Origin: Bacteroidota bacterium
GTDB lineage: Bacteria; Bacteroidota; Ignavibacteria; UBA10030
Length of the DNA stretch: 64,000 nucleotides
Assembly: GCA_041695045.1 (NCBI GenBank)
Contig: JBGFRR010000164.1
Coordinates: 6,268-70,267, forward strand
Direction of reading: 5' to 3'
Shown: positions 1-8,344 of the stretch, in pieces
Position numbering within the stretch: position 1 is the first letter of the stretch
Layout of the letters: each line of letters begins with the position of its first letter
The notes under the pieces: model-generated
What the model saw: only the letters and a program-made list of their open reading frames with translations
Told to the model about the DNA's origin: nothing
Database searches by the model: none
Translations under genes and position numbers: made by a program

Positions 1-1434
1 CCGGCATTCAGCTTCCTCGGAGGAGGGACAAACCTTGGAAGGTTTGAACGGTCCACGACCTCACTAGTAGCCAAGTTTGATTTCACGAGTCAGCTCGACC
101 CAGTCCATCAGCTCAAGTTCGGTATTGAGGGACGGCGGCACAAGCTCTTTCTGGCTGGCGCGACCATAGTTCCGGCAACGGACTCACTCGGCCAGCAGAT
201 AGTGCCGTTCCAGCCGGCAATACTTGACGTCTCAACACCTGTGCATGATCAATACACGCGCGAGCCCGTTGAGTTTTCTGCATATGTGCAGGACAAGATC
301 GAATACCAACACATCATTGTGAACGTTGGCCTCCGGTTCGATTATTTCCATTCTCGTGGAGAAGTGCTCTCCGACCCCTCCGATCCGAACATCTATATCC
401 CGTTCAAAAGTGTGAACCAAGCGAAAAGTATCGAGGAGCGTCAGCAATACTGGTACAGGAAGGTCGGGCCGAAGTATTCCCTCAGCCCGCGCTTTGGTAT
501 CGCGTATCCCATTACCGATCGGGGGGTGCTCCATTTTTCCTACGGCCACTTTTTCCAAATCCCTTCATTCTTGTACCTGTATAACAGGCCCGGTTTTAAG
601 GTGACAACAGCGGGTGGTGTGCAGGGAGTGTTCGGCAACGCAGATCTGGAACCACAACGAACGGTGATGTATGAATTAGGCTTGCAACAGCAGCTGGGGG
701 AACATCTCGGGTTCGATATTACCGGTTTCTATCGAGACGTGCGAAACTGGATTTCGACTAGTCCCCCGATTCCGACGGCTATCGCTGGTGTTTCGTACGT
801 GCGATACATCAACAAAGATTACGCGAACGTTCGGGGACTAACATTCTCTTTAGAGCGGAGGCACGCGGATAACTTTTCATTCTCTCTCGCCTATACCTAT
901 CAGGTTGCGGAAGGGAACAACTCCAATCCGGAAGATGAGTTCTTTGCAGCGCTGGCAAACACAGAACCCACAAAGCAACTCACACCTCTGGATTGGGACC
1001 AGCGCCACACACTCAACGCGTTGGTATCGGTGGGAACAGATCGCTGGGGGGTTGGCCTCATCGGTCGATATAGCAGCGGGTTGCCGTACTCCCCGGCCAT
1101 CACGGTTGCCACGCGGCAGGGACTGAATCTTTCAACGGAGCTTGTAAAAAACAGCCGACGGCGTCCGGCAACAATAACGGTTGACCTTCGCGCACACTAT
1201 GTCTTAGCATTTGCCGGTGTGCAGAGTACGGTCTTCCTTCGTGTGTTCAACCTTCTCGACCGGCGGAATGAGCTGAATGTGTTCAATGACACGGGCCGGG
1301 CAACGTATACCCTCCAGACTCGCAACATTCCCGATACGCCGGATCGCCATAACACGGTGGCGGACTTCTTCACAATGCCCTATTTCTATTCACCCCCACG
1401 CGAGGTTCAAATAGGGATGAGTGTTTCTTTTTAG
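1..1434 (+). CDS. TonB-dependent receptor, C-terminal part (5' truncated by window)
   Basis: Frame open from base 1. Contains NVGLRFDY, SPRFGIAYP, FSYGHFFQ, GNADLEPQRT, LRVFNLLD and ends in a beta-strand ...IGMSVSF. No SusC-specific signature recognised. Confidence 0.92.
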   Translation, partial: PAFSFLGGGTNLGRFERSTTSLVAKFDFTSQLDPVHQLKFGIEGRRHKLFLAGATIVPATDSLGQQIVPFQPAILDVSTPVHDQYTREPVEFSAYVQDKIEYQHIIVNVGLRFDYFHSRGEVLSDPSDPNIYIPFKSVNQAKSIEERQQYWYRKVGPKYSLSPRFGIAYPITDRGVLHFSYGHFFQIPSFLYLYNRPGFKVTTAGGVQGVFGNADLEPQRTVMYELGLQQQLGEHLGFDITGFYRDVRNWISTSPPIPTAIAGVSYVRYINKDYANVRGLTFSLERRHADNFSFSLAYTYQVAEGNNSNPEDEFFAALANTEPTKQLTPLDWDQRHTLNALVSVGTDRWGVGLIGRYSSGLPYSPAITVATRQGLNLSTELVKNSRRRPATITVDLRAHYVLAFAGVQSTVFLRVFNLLDRRNELNVFNDTGRATYTLQTRNIPDTPDRHNTVADFFTMPYFYSPPREVQIGMSVSF

Positions 1435-1450
1435 CCAGAGGAACGGTTCA

Positions 1451-4400
1451 ATGGTTCATTCGATCAGCACGCGCAACAGAGGCAAGTGGTTTAGCGCTTT
1501 CATGTTGATTGCTCTGCTCTCCACGTCTGGAGTTCTGGAAGCACAGCACATTCCGAGCAAAGAACGCGGCGATCCCACCAAACGCCGAAAGACCAACATT
1601 GACGGCAATCTGGTGCGGACAACGATTTTCAATTTTGGTCTCACCGGCCGCACGGGTGTTGTGCCCGATGAAATTCCCTATGAATGGCCGAGGAACACGC
1701 GACAAATGTACATCGCCTTGACCGGTTTGTTTGTCGGTGCGGAGGTAAAGGATGAAGCAGGGAGGACCATTCACATCGTTAATGTGCCGTCCTATCGTCA
1801 AAGTCCGGCGGGAAAAACATGGAATCTTGAACCCGTGCCCGGCTACTTCCGAGAGTACGACGACCCACGGCAGGACAAAATTGCGAAGAGCAGTGAACCC
1901 AGTTCGTGGCCCGCTTTCTGGCCGGACAAACTCGGTGATCGAACCGATCCCGGATGGCGAGGGGCATGGAATGGCTTTTTTGGCAAAGATCAGTTTAACG
2001 CGGATCAGGAAATGCTCTTTCGGGCGTCTGATGATCTCTACGACCGTTACAACTACATTCCCGATACAACAGACCGAACGCGTCGCGGCCTTGGTCTCTT
2101 AGTCGATGTGCGGGTTCTCGCATGGTCCCAGGTGCTTGTGAACGATGTTATTTTCATCTTGCACTTCATCAAGAACGACGGGACCAAGGATATCAATAAA
2201 GCTGCATTCACTCTCTGGTTAGCGGATCTCATTGGCGGGGACGGTGACTCGAGTGACGACATCTCGTTCTTTGACCTCCTTTCAAACGTTGCATGGATGA
2301 CCGATCGGGACGGAAAAGGAAACAAAGACTTCGGAACCACGCCGGTTGGCGTAGCGGCTGTCGCCTATCTTGAAACGCCGGGCAACGCGAACGACCGAAT
2401 CGACAACGATGGCGATGGTGAACCCGGGGGTCCGAAGGTTACAGAAAACATGCTTGTGGGTGAGGATCCCACCAATGGCATTGATGACAATGGGAACGGT
2501 CTGATCGACGAAAACATGCGGCACGTCCCGTTCGGCACTCAGAGAGGAGTAACGTTTGCCGACGGCATCGATAACAATGATAACGGCGAGTCCCAGAGTC
2601 CGGTTGTGACACAGCAAATGATTAATGAGGCTTCTGCCGACCGGTGGGGGCGATGGCCCGCGAATCCGGAGCAGGATCCAAACGAACGGTTCCGCGGGTT
2701 TATCCACCTCATCCAGGTAGGACCGGAAGATTTAGGCAAGCGATTCAAGGATAACATCGACAACAACGGGAATGCGCAAACGGACGGCCCACGGATCACA
2801 CAGGCGATGATCGATGAAGCCGCGCAGGACCGTTTCCGGCGTTACCGTGTACCGGGAACCAACGTCATCCTCTATGATGTCGGACCGGAAGACCTCGGCA
2901 AGCGGTACAAACATGCCGATTGGGTCTTCGATGCCGGGATCGACGAAAACATCGATGAAATGATTGATGAGTCCCGTCAGGATGGTATTGATAACGATGG
3001 CGATTGGAACATCTTGTTTGACGATGTGGGGCTTGATGGAAAACCCGGCACGAACGATTACGGGGAAGGCGATGGCAAGCCGACCTCCGGCTATCAACCG
3101 TGGGGGCCAAACGGCGAGTTGATTGATACCGGTCTTCCCGGTGAACCCAATATCGACAAGACTGACATCGGCGAATCCGACCAAATCGGTCTAACCAACG
3201 CTCAGTACTTCCCTGCTGGTTCGATCAATTTCAGCGCGGCCCTGGATATCTCATTCTGGAATGACTGGATGATACCCGGAAAGTTCTATGACCCGGCCCG
3301 CATCACAGCAGGCGACTATGATCTGACAGTCAGTTCAGGAATCTTCCCCATCAAGGCCGGTGCGACAGAGCGGATTAGCATGGCCGTCATGCTGGGTGTC
3401 GACCAGGCGGACGCGTTGAGGAATAGGGAAGTTGCGCAGCAAGCGTACGAAACGGATTATCGATTTGCCACAGCTCCGCTTCCACCGACAGTCACCGCAG
3501 TGCCCGGGAATAAGCGCGTCACCCTCTATTGGGATGATGTCGCAGAGAGATCGTTCGACACCTTTCTCGCTCGTTTAGGTGAGGACGGATTCGACTTTGA
3601 AGGCTACAAAATCTACCGGGCTACCGACGCGGCCTTCCTCGATACTCCACCTATTACTGATGCAGATGGCAATCCTGTGTATTACAAACCCATCGCGCAA
3701 TTTGACCTTGTCAATGGGATCAAGGGACTCCACCCCATTGACCTCAACGGGGCTCATTTCAACCTCGGCAATGACACAGGACTGCGGCATTCGTATGTCG
3801 ACACAACGGTGCGGAATGGTCAAACCTACTACTATGCTGTTGTTGCATACGACCGTGGATATACGCGCGGCAGAATCGGACCGAGCGAAAGTCCAGTTGC
3901 TATCACCGTGGATCCCTCAGGGAACGTGGTCATGGGTAAAAACGTCGTGAGGGTAACTCCCAATCCCCCTGCTGCCGGTTATGAGCCTCCTGACCTGGGC
4001 GATATTCGATTGGTTCAAGGAAGTACCACAGGTAGAATCGGTTACACGATCATTGACCCACGGCTGATTCGTGACAACAACAGGTATCGTATTACATTCG
4101 AAGATACCCTCATCGTTGGGGGAATTGCGGGAAGCGATACCTTGAAGACAAAGAGCTTCACGCTCACGAATGTCACGAACACTGCAGCGCCAGAAACGCT
4201 GATCGCGCGCAGCAGAAAGCTTGGCGTTGGGGATGAACAACCGTTCACACAGGGGTTCCAACTCCTCCTGTTTAACGAAAACATAGTCGCTATCGACCAG
4301 GAACGGTCGAAGTGGAATCGTTCGGGTTTACAGCGATTCCTGTTCCAGCTATTCCGGGCCGGGCTTATCACCGGCCAACAACGGCCGGCGGACTATGAAA

Positions 4401-5101
4401 TTACCTTCGGTAATGTGGGGATTGATACTTCCACGCAATTCCGGGTCAGTGCGAGGTTGACCTTGCCGGCGAAGCCAGTGAACTTCACCATCCGCAATCT
4501 CTCCGAAAACCGAAAGATCAAATTTGCCTTCTTCGAACTCGATGGTTCAGATGGGCGATTAACTGCTGGAAGAGACAACAGCGACATCATTATCTTCTTA
4601 GAACCGGATGCGCGAGACTCCCTTATTGCGACGTGGGACTTCCGCCTGGTGTATGATTCCATGTTGGCACTTCCGCAATCGGGAGACCGGGCCACCATCA
4701 TTCTTCGGAAGCCCTTCTTACGTGCTGATGTGTTTGAGTTTACAACCAAGGTGGCACGCATCAATCAAGACCTCGCGCGAGAACGTCTCTCGAAGATCAA
4801 GGTTGTGCCGAATCCGTACGTTGCTGCGGCGACGTGGGAGCCTCGGAACCCCTTCGCCAGCGGCCGGGGTCCTCGTGCTATTCACTTTAACCACCTCCCC
4901 CAACAATGCACGATTCGTATTTACACTGTTAGCGGAGAGCTGGTAGCGACGATCGAGCATAACAGTACGATCGATAACGGAACGGCGGCGTGGAATCTGC
5001 TTTCGAAGGACAACCTCGCGGTTTCGTACGGCGTTTACATTTATCACGTCGATGCGCCGGGCATCGGTGAACACACTGGGAAGCTTGCTATCATCAAGTG
5101 A
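1451..5101 (+). CDS. Large secreted TBDR-associated protein with Ca-binding DGIDNDGD repeats, FN3-like domain and variant C-terminal sorting domain (VVPNPY...IRIYTVSGELV...GVYIYHV)
   Basis: ORF 1421..5101, likely start at ATG 1451. Sec signal ends LEA|Q. Many D-x-D/N-x-D-G motifs; PPTVTAVPGNKRVTLYW...YYYAVVAYD FN3; T9SS-CTD/FlgD-like C-terminus ending KLAIIK. Confidence 0.8.
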   Translation: MVHSISTRNRGKWFSAFMLIALLSTSGVLEAQHIPSKERGDPTKRRKTNIDGNLVRTTIFNFGLTGRTGVVPDEIPYEWPRNTRQMYIALTGLFVGAEVKDEAGRTIHIVNVPSYRQSPAGKTWNLEPVPGYFREYDDPRQDKIAKSSEPSSWPAFWPDKLGDRTDPGWRGAWNGFFGKDQFNADQEMLFRASDDLYDRYNYIPDTTDRTRRGLGLLVDVRVLAWSQVLVNDVIFILHFIKNDGTKDINKAAFTLWLADLIGGDGDSSDDISFFDLLSNVAWMTDRDGKGNKDFGTTPVGVAAVAYLETPGNANDRIDNDGDGEPGGPKVTENMLVGEDPTNGIDDNGNGLIDENMRHVPFGTQRGVTFADGIDNNDNGESQSPVVTQQMINEASADRWGRWPANPEQDPNERFRGFIHLIQVGPEDLGKRFKDNIDNNGNAQTDGPRITQAMIDEAAQDRFRRYRVPGTNVILYDVGPEDLGKRYKHADWVFDAGIDENIDEMIDESRQDGIDNDGDWNILFDDVGLDGKPGTNDYGEGDGKPTSGYQPWGPNGELIDTGLPGEPNIDKTDIGESDQIGLTNAQYFPAGSINFSAALDISFWNDWMIPGKFYDPARITAGDYDLTVSSGIFPIKAGATERISMAVMLGVDQADALRNREVAQQAYETDYRFATAPLPPTVTAVPGNKRVTLYWDDVAERSFDTFLARLGEDGFDFEGYKIYRATDAAFLDTPPITDADGNPVYYKPIAQFDLVNGIKGLHPIDLNGAHFNLGNDTGLRHSYVDTTVRNGQTYYYAVVAYDRGYTRGRIGPSESPVAITVDPSGNVVMGKNVVRVTPNPPAAGYEPPDLGDIRLVQGSTTGRIGYTIIDPRLIRDNNRYRITFEDTLIVGGIAGSDTLKTKSFTLTNVTNTAAPETLIARSRKLGVGDEQPFTQGFQLLLFNENIVAIDQERSKWNRSGLQRFLFQLFRAGLITGQQRPADYEITFGNVGIDTSTQFRVSARLTLPAKPVNFTIRNLSENRKIKFAFFELDGSDGRLTAGRDNSDIIIFLEPDARDSLIATWDFRLVYDSMLALPQSGDRATIILRKPFLRADVFEFTTKVARINQDLARERLSKIKVVPNPYVAAATWEPRNPFASGRGPRAIHFNHLPQQCTIRIYTVSGELVATIEHNSTIDNGTAAWNLLSKDNLAVSYGVYIYHVDAPGIGEHTGKLAIIK

Positions 5102-5135
5102 TTTTTTTCCAGGGAGACGGATCGTGACAGACTAC

Positions 5136-6161
5136 ATGAGATTGCTTCGGAGCACCGCTTGTGTGGGCATGCTCGTGCTGTGTGTTGCCCATGGCTCTGC
5201 TCAATTCGTTTCAAAGGTTGGGACAACGTCGGCAAAGTTTCTCACGATTCCCATCGGTGCTCGTGCAACGGCACTCGGCGGAGCGTTTACCTCTATCTCG
5301 AATGATGCAACAGCCCTGTACTGGAATCCGAGCGGCATCGCAACTCTGTCATCCTTCGAAGTAACCACAAGCTACACCACGTGGCTTGCCGACATCGAGG
5401 TCAACTTCGGTGGCGTCGTCGTTCCGCTGGGTGAATGGGGAGCAATGGGCGTTCACGTAACGGCGATGACCATGGGGGAAATGGAGATTACCACCGAAGA
5501 AGAGCCGGAGGGCACGGGAGGGACGTTTCGTGCGGGAAGCTATGCCATCGGCATCTCCTATGCACGTAACCTGACCGATTGGTTCTCAATCGGTGGAACA
5601 GTGAAATACATTAACGAGACGATCTGGAATTCCTCCGCCTCGGGTTTTGCAGTCGACCTGGGAACATTGCTGAAGACACCAATACCCGGTGTCCGGTTTG
5701 GTGTGAGTGTATCCAACTTTGGCGAGAAACTCCAGATGTCCGGCGCCGACTTGTTGGTACAAAAAGATATTGACGAGCAGATACACGGCAACAATCCGGC
5801 TATCAATGCCTATCTCGCGACTGACCGCTTCGATCTTCCGCTGACGCTACGGACCGGTTTGTCGGCTGATGTCATCAAAACAGAGAGTGACATGTTAACC
5901 CTCGCGGTCGATGCGGCATACCCCAACGATAATGTCGAGTTCGTTGACCTTGGTATGGAGTACGCCTTCTTCAACAGGCAGTTCAGTGTGCGCGGTGGCT
6001 ACCGCTCTCTCGGTAACGAGGAGGCAGAACAGCGGTGGTCTCTGGGGGTGGGTCTGCAGCACACTCTCCATCCCGGACTTACTTTTCGTCTGGATTACGC
6101 TTTTCAAACCTTCGGACGGTTGAGAAACATTCAGAAGTTTGACCTCTCACTGCAATTCTAA
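5136..6161 (+). CDS. PorV/PorQ-family (UPF0164) outer-membrane beta-barrel
   Basis: FLTIPIGARATALGGAF...DATALYWNPSGIA motif typical of FadL/PorV-like barrels. Signal peptide GSA|Q, C-terminal F. Start may be GTG 5124. Confidence 0.88.
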   Translation: MRLLRSTACVGMLVLCVAHGSAQFVSKVGTTSAKFLTIPIGARATALGGAFTSISNDATALYWNPSGIATLSSFEVTTSYTTWLADIEVNFGGVVVPLGEWGAMGVHVTAMTMGEMEITTEEEPEGTGGTFRAGSYAIGISYARNLTDWFSIGGTVKYINETIWNSSASGFAVDLGTLLKTPIPGVRFGVSVSNFGEKLQMSGADLLVQKDIDEQIHGNNPAINAYLATDRFDLPLTLRTGLSADVIKTESDMLTLAVDAAYPNDNVEFVDLGMEYAFFNRQFSVRGGYRSLGNEEAEQRWSLGVGLQHTLHPGLTFRLDYAFQTFGRLRNIQKFDLSLQF

Positions 6162-6260
6162 GGAGCGTAAAAGGTTTCAAGAATCAGCATCCTCTTTTTT
6201 GTTCATTCGATCTCTCTAATTCACCCAATCAACAACCTACTTCATAAGGAGGGCAAAGCT

Positions 6261-8108
6261 ATGAAGGCCCTGACACTACTTGTCGTCGTCTGCCTCGTAT
6301 GCGCGGGGTTTGTCCTGGATACGCAGGTACAAGCGCAGACCACGGCTAATGCAACCTTTCGCTTGAACACCTCAACGCGAGTGGATACGATCCGGGCGAC
6401 CCACCAGGTTCAGGTCCGGGGCAGCAAAGCACCGCTGACGTGGGGCGATGATTCGCCGCGGATGAGAAACATCGGCGGGGACTACTGGACGGTTACCCAT
6501 CGCTTTACGGTTGGCGATACCGTCGAGTATAAGTTCTACGCAACGGGCGATTCAACAAAAGCCCACTCCGGTTGGGAAGGCGGTGACAACAAACGATTGA
6601 TCGTTCGTGGCGATACGATTCTACCGCTGCAATACTACGATAGAGCCACTACTCCGCCCTACACCCCCTCCGATTCCATCGATGTATGGTTCAGGATCAA
6701 TATGGGAAGCATTGCGAAGTTTGATACAACAAGACAGGTGGCAGTCCGTGGGGGAACACCACCACTCGATTGGGGTGCAAACCAGATCTTGCTGAGGCGG
6801 GAAGGAACGTCGATGTTTTGGTCCGGCGTTGCCCGGTTTGGAAATGCGAGAGCCGGGACCACCGTGGAGTACAAGTTCGTTCATGGGACGGAACCGACTT
6901 GGGAAGACATACCAAACAGAACCTTCACTGTCCGCGCGGATACAACTCTCTCTTGGGTTACTTTCAATAATAGACCGATCCTTGTAGCTGTTGTAACGGG
7001 CCGCGTGCTGTTGGGCGTTGACATGCGCGCGTATGAGCAACTCGGCTTTTTCGACAGGACAAAAGGAGACACGGTGCGCTTGATGGGTCCTCTAGCGAGA
7101 GGAGGTTGGGACACCGGTGAGCGGATGCGGATCGCACTTGGAACAACCAGCCTGTGGGAGCTTGACGTCTCGTACACCCAAGCTCCACTTGCTACTGAGC
7201 CATACAAGTTCCGCATTTGGCACGGCACTCCCACTGCACGAGGATTCGAAGATTGGTGGGGGTGGGAGCTTCCGGCGACACAGGGTGGCCATGATCGCAG
7301 ATTTGTGTTCGCCGGAAATCCAGAGCAAACGGAGCCGATCCATTGGTATAACGACGTGCCACTTAGAGGTGTCATCCCTGCCGGCAGAACCGTGGACGTT
7401 ACGTTCCGGATTGATATGCGTCCTGCAACGAGACTGACTCCAGCATTTAACCCGGCTACTGATACTGTGCGGCTGATGCTTGAAGAGCCGGCGTTCGTCT
7501 GGTTGCAGGGGAGAACAACGGGTGTGCAAAATGATCTGGTCTTCTCTCGTGTAGGGACAGACACGATCTACACGTTGACGTTTAGAGTCCGAGGACCAGC
7601 ACCGTTTATTGTGATTTATCGAGTGCAAGCGAGAGGATCATCGATTGGGCAGAGAGATGAGGGAAGTGGATTTGCTCTCGGTCGCTTCCGGACTCGTTAC
7701 ATCAGGCCTGGTGCTGATGGGGCGTATCCGTCATCGTTTGCTTTCCCGACGGACGTCTTCACGGCGGAACCACCCCACGTCATTGAGAGCCCCCCGTTTG
7801 TAACCTCTGCGGACGATCCGGCAGCACCTGGATCGATTCCTCAATCTTTCGGGCTTATGCAAAACTATCCGAATCCCTTTAACCCCTCCACGGTCATTGA
7901 GTATCATCTCCCCGTCGAGGCGTTTGTGACGTTGAAGGTGTTCAACATGCTTGGTCAAGAAGTCGCGTCGCTCGTCAATCACGAGAAGAAAACTGCTGGC
8001 ACCCATCTCGTAGGGTTTGATGCTTCTCGACTTCCCAGCGGCATCTACGTGTACCAAATCTCCGCGGGCACGTTTGTAGCTGCCAAGAAGATGTTGTTGA
8101 TCAAATAA
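6261..8108 (+). CDS. T9SS type A cargo with tandem CBM20-like starch-binding domains, no catalytic domain recognised
   Basis: AGGAGGG RBS; repeats VRGSKAPLTWG...VEYKF and VRGGTPPLDWG...VEYKF...WE..PNR; CTD QNYPNPFNPST...SGIYVY...KKMLLIK. Confidence 0.8.
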   Translation: MKALTLLVVVCLVCAGFVLDTQVQAQTTANATFRLNTSTRVDTIRATHQVQVRGSKAPLTWGDDSPRMRNIGGDYWTVTHRFTVGDTVEYKFYATGDSTKAHSGWEGGDNKRLIVRGDTILPLQYYDRATTPPYTPSDSIDVWFRINMGSIAKFDTTRQVAVRGGTPPLDWGANQILLRREGTSMFWSGVARFGNARAGTTVEYKFVHGTEPTWEDIPNRTFTVRADTTLSWVTFNNRPILVAVVTGRVLLGVDMRAYEQLGFFDRTKGDTVRLMGPLARGGWDTGERMRIALGTTSLWELDVSYTQAPLATEPYKFRIWHGTPTARGFEDWWGWELPATQGGHDRRFVFAGNPEQTEPIHWYNDVPLRGVIPAGRTVDVTFRIDMRPATRLTPAFNPATDTVRLMLEEPAFVWLQGRTTGVQNDLVFSRVGTDTIYTLTFRVRGPAPFIVIYRVQARGSSIGQRDEGSGFALGRFRTRYIRPGADGAYPSSFAFPTDVFTAEPPHVIESPPFVTSADDPAAPGSIPQSFGLMQNYPNPFNPSTVIEYHLPVEAFVTLKVFNMLGQEVASLVNHEKKTAGTHLVGFDASRLPSGIYVYQISAGTFVAAKKMLLIK

Positions 8109-8195
8109 GGACATTGGTCATCCCCACGGATGGATCGAGCCTCCTTCTTGGGAGGCTCGATGTGAAGGTGGGCGTAAGGGGACGCATCGAAGAGT

Positions 8196-8234
8196 CCGAC
8201 CTCGGCAAATGCCGTGCCGAGGTCGGGTTTTTTT
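8196..8234 (+). terminator. Rho-independent terminator
   Basis: 12-bp stem CCGACCTCGGCA/TGCCGAGGTCGG followed by GTTTTTTT. A second 11-bp hairpin lies at 8134-8161. Confidence 0.75.
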
Positions 8235-8344
8235 GGCAAAACAGTGAGGAAAAGGAATTATGGCTCTCCTCGGCATTATGAGCCCAATAATGGGGGCAAC
8301 CACCTTGAGGTCATGACCATTTTCAACCAAAAAGAGAGGAAGGT

